Shown here: one piece after another, positions 36,832-38,612 of the stretch
Layout of the letters: each line of letters starts with the position of its first letter
How positions within the stretch are numbered: the stretch's first letter is position 1
DNA from: Chloroflexota bacterium
GTDB lineage: Bacteria; Chloroflexota; Dehalococcoidia; Lucifugimonadales; JACQTT01
Direction of reading: 5' to 3'
DNA length: 38,612 bases
NCBI GenBank assembly: GCA_016210665.1
Contig: JACQTT010000083.1
Coordinates: forward strand, 1-38,612
Program-made: the position numbers and the translations under genes
The notes under the pieces: generated by a model
The model's database searches: none
What the model saw: the letters and a program-made list of their open reading frames with translations, nothing else
What the model was told of the DNA's origin: nothing

Positions 36832-38612
36832 CTATTTCCCGCCCACGGCCTCTACCAGTATCTCCACCAGGTGCTTTGGTCTGTTGCCAGTAGAGTGTTC
36901 AATCTGCTGGCGACAGGATATACCCGAAGCCACCACATCAAACTCTCCCCCTTGGGAACGTATGGCCGGGAAGAGACGTCCCTCTCCTATGGCTAAGGAG
37001 ATATCATAGTGTTCCTTCTCATAGCCAAAGGAGCCGGCCATGCCACAACACCCAGAGTCAATCTCCTCTACTTGTAAACCGGGAATCAGCCTCAGCACTT
37101 GAATCGAAGGGGCCGTGCCCATCAAGGACTTCTGATGGCAGTGGCCGTGAAAGAGTACCTGACGGGCTATTTTCTTGAATTCCAAAGCCAGTTCATCCCT
37201 TGCGTAGAGCATTTGTAGAAACTCATCCATCAGATAAGTATTCTGAGCAACCACCTTCGCCTTCTCGTCACCCGGCAGGAGGTCTAGATAGTCGTCTCTG
37301 AGAGCCGAGATGCAGCTTGGCTCCAGCACAACTACCTTCACATTCTCTTTTACGAATTCGTAAAGCAGCTCTACGTTATGTCTAGCATTACCCTTTGCTT
37401 TTTCCAGCATCCCCTTGGAAATCATGGGACGGCCACAGCACCTCCCTTGGGGAAGCAACACCTGATAACCGAGACGCTCTAGTATTTTAGTGGCGGCCTG
37501 ACCCACAAGGGGATAGTTGTAGTTAGTAAAGGTATCAGGAAACAGAAGGATTTTGCCTTTGACTGAGGTACTCCCATTTCTATAGCTGCGAGCTCTGAAC
37601 CATTGCTCAAAGGTCTGCCCAGCGAAAGGGGGTAGAAGGCGACGCTGGTCAATGCCGAAGAACCTGTCAAGGATGCCCTTGCCTAGCCATGAGTTGATAG
37701 CCCATGTGGAGAAGGGGGCGAGGAAACAGCCCAGGCTATTTAAGGTAGCGATGTTGCCAAGGAGGCGATTCCTGAGAGGAAGGCCTTGGGCCTTATAGTA
37801 GTGGTTGAGAAACTCATGCTTAAGCTTGGCCATATCTACGTTAGATGGACACTCGGCCTTGCACGCCTTGCACTCGAGACATAAATCCAGTACGTCATAC
37901 AGCCTTTTGCCGGTCATCTCTTCCGGTGGCAAAACCCCCGAAAGAACGGCTCTTAGAGCATTGGCTCGGCCACGGGTAGAGTGCTCCTCTTCCCGGGTGA
38001 CCACGTAGGAGGGGCACATAGTGCCTTCCAGGGTCTTGCGGCAAGCCCCCATGCCATTGCAAAGCTCCACGGCACCGGCAAACCCACCGTCCATTGAAAA
38101 GTCCATTCCGGTCCTAACGTCTAAGGTGCGGTATTGTGGCCCATATCGAAGGTTCTCAGTCATGGGAGGGCAGTCTATGATCTTCCCAGGATTCATTATG
38201 CCATGGGGGTCGAAGGCTGCCTTTACCTCTCGAAAGGCGTTATATAGAGTGGTGCCGAACATCTTCTCATTCCAAACGCCTCGGACTATCCCATCTCCAT
38301 GCTCCCCGCTCATGGCTCCGCCAAACTCCAGCACCAGGTCGCTTACCTGGGCAGCTATAGACACCATCCTATCCAGTCCCTCTTGGAGCTTCAAGTTAAT
38401 CATAGGGCGAACGTGCATGCACCCCACGCTAGCGTGCCCGTAGTAGCTGGCGGCAGTACCGTGCTCACGCACAATCTGATCGAATCGCCGTAGATAGTCC
38501 GGGAGCCTTTCTGGAGCTACGGCTGTGTCCTCCACAAAAGGCAAAGGCTTGGTATCTCCCTTTATTCCCATGAGAAGCCCGAGCCCGGCCTGCCGAACTG
38601 ACCATACAGTGG
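36832..38612 (-). CDS. FAD-binding / Fe-S oxidoreductase (GlcD-GlcF/YdiJ-like fusion), 5' end outside window
   Basis: FVEDTAV, GHASVGCMH, SGEHGDG, MNPGK, two Cys clusters (CNGMGAC, CLECKAC...CP), CCG domains. The frame stays open beyond 38571 to the window edge. Confidence 0.92.
   Translation of the reverse strand, partial: TVWSVRQAGLGLLMGIKGDTKPLPFVEDTAVAPERLPDYLRRFDQIVREHGTAASYYGHASVGCMHVRPMINLKLQEGLDRMVSIAAQVSDLVLEFGGAMSGEHGDGIVRGVWNEKMFGTTLYNAFREVKAAFDPHGIMNPGKIIDCPPMTENLRYGPQYRTLDVRTGMDFSMDGGFAGAVELCNGMGACRKTLEGTMCPSYVVTREEEHSTRGRANALRAVLSGVLPPEEMTGKRLYDVLDLCLECKACKAECPSNVDMAKLKHEFLNHYYKAQGLPLRNRLLGNIATLNSLGCFLAPFSTWAINSWLGKGILDRFFGIDQRRLLPPFAGQTFEQWFRARSYRNGSTSVKGKILLFPDTFTNYNYPLVGQAATKILERLGYQVLLPQGRCCGRPMISKGMLEKAKGNARHNVELLYEFVKENVKVVVLEPSCISALRDDYLDLLPGDEKAKVVAQNTYLMDEFLQMLYARDELALEFKKIARQVLFHGHCHQKSLMGTAPSIQVLRLIPGLQVEEIDSGCCGMAGSFGYEKEHYDISLAIGEGRLFPAIRSQGGEFDVVASGISCRQQIEHSTGNRPKHLVEILVEAVGGK

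Overview
Bacterial chromosomal segment, mostly housekeeping genes. Gene content, protein style and the RpoD insertion suggest Chloroflexota/Dehalococcoidia; this is inference only. In order it holds: partial serA with a class V aminotransferase, tyrS-ribF, a class I aminotransferase, a small ABM-like protein, a GmrSD-like DUF262/HNH gene, DUF1015, a divergent PEP-carboxykinase-fold gene, the ppdK-dgt-dnaG-rpoD block, an MFS transporter, pyrF-DUF951-cmk-plsC-glmS, sfsA with an HhH-GPD glycosylase, a TPP riboswitch ahead of thiG-thiE-thiS, a ThaI-like type II R-M pair, two thioredoxin-fold lipoproteins, a LonC-type protease and a partial FAD/Fe-S oxidoreductase. Four observations stand out. (1) The DUF262/HNH gene has the anatomy of a stranded integron cassette, next to a frameshifted serine-protease relic. 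(2) The PEPCK-fold protein keeps its P-loop but appears to have lost canonical Mn2+ and ATP ligands. (3) An IS630-like MITE and nested REP-like palindromes occur, including a mini-palindrome also found inside the riboswitch. (4) The R-M pair follows the thiamine operon with no visible terminator. All motif alignments were done by eye; no database searches were run.
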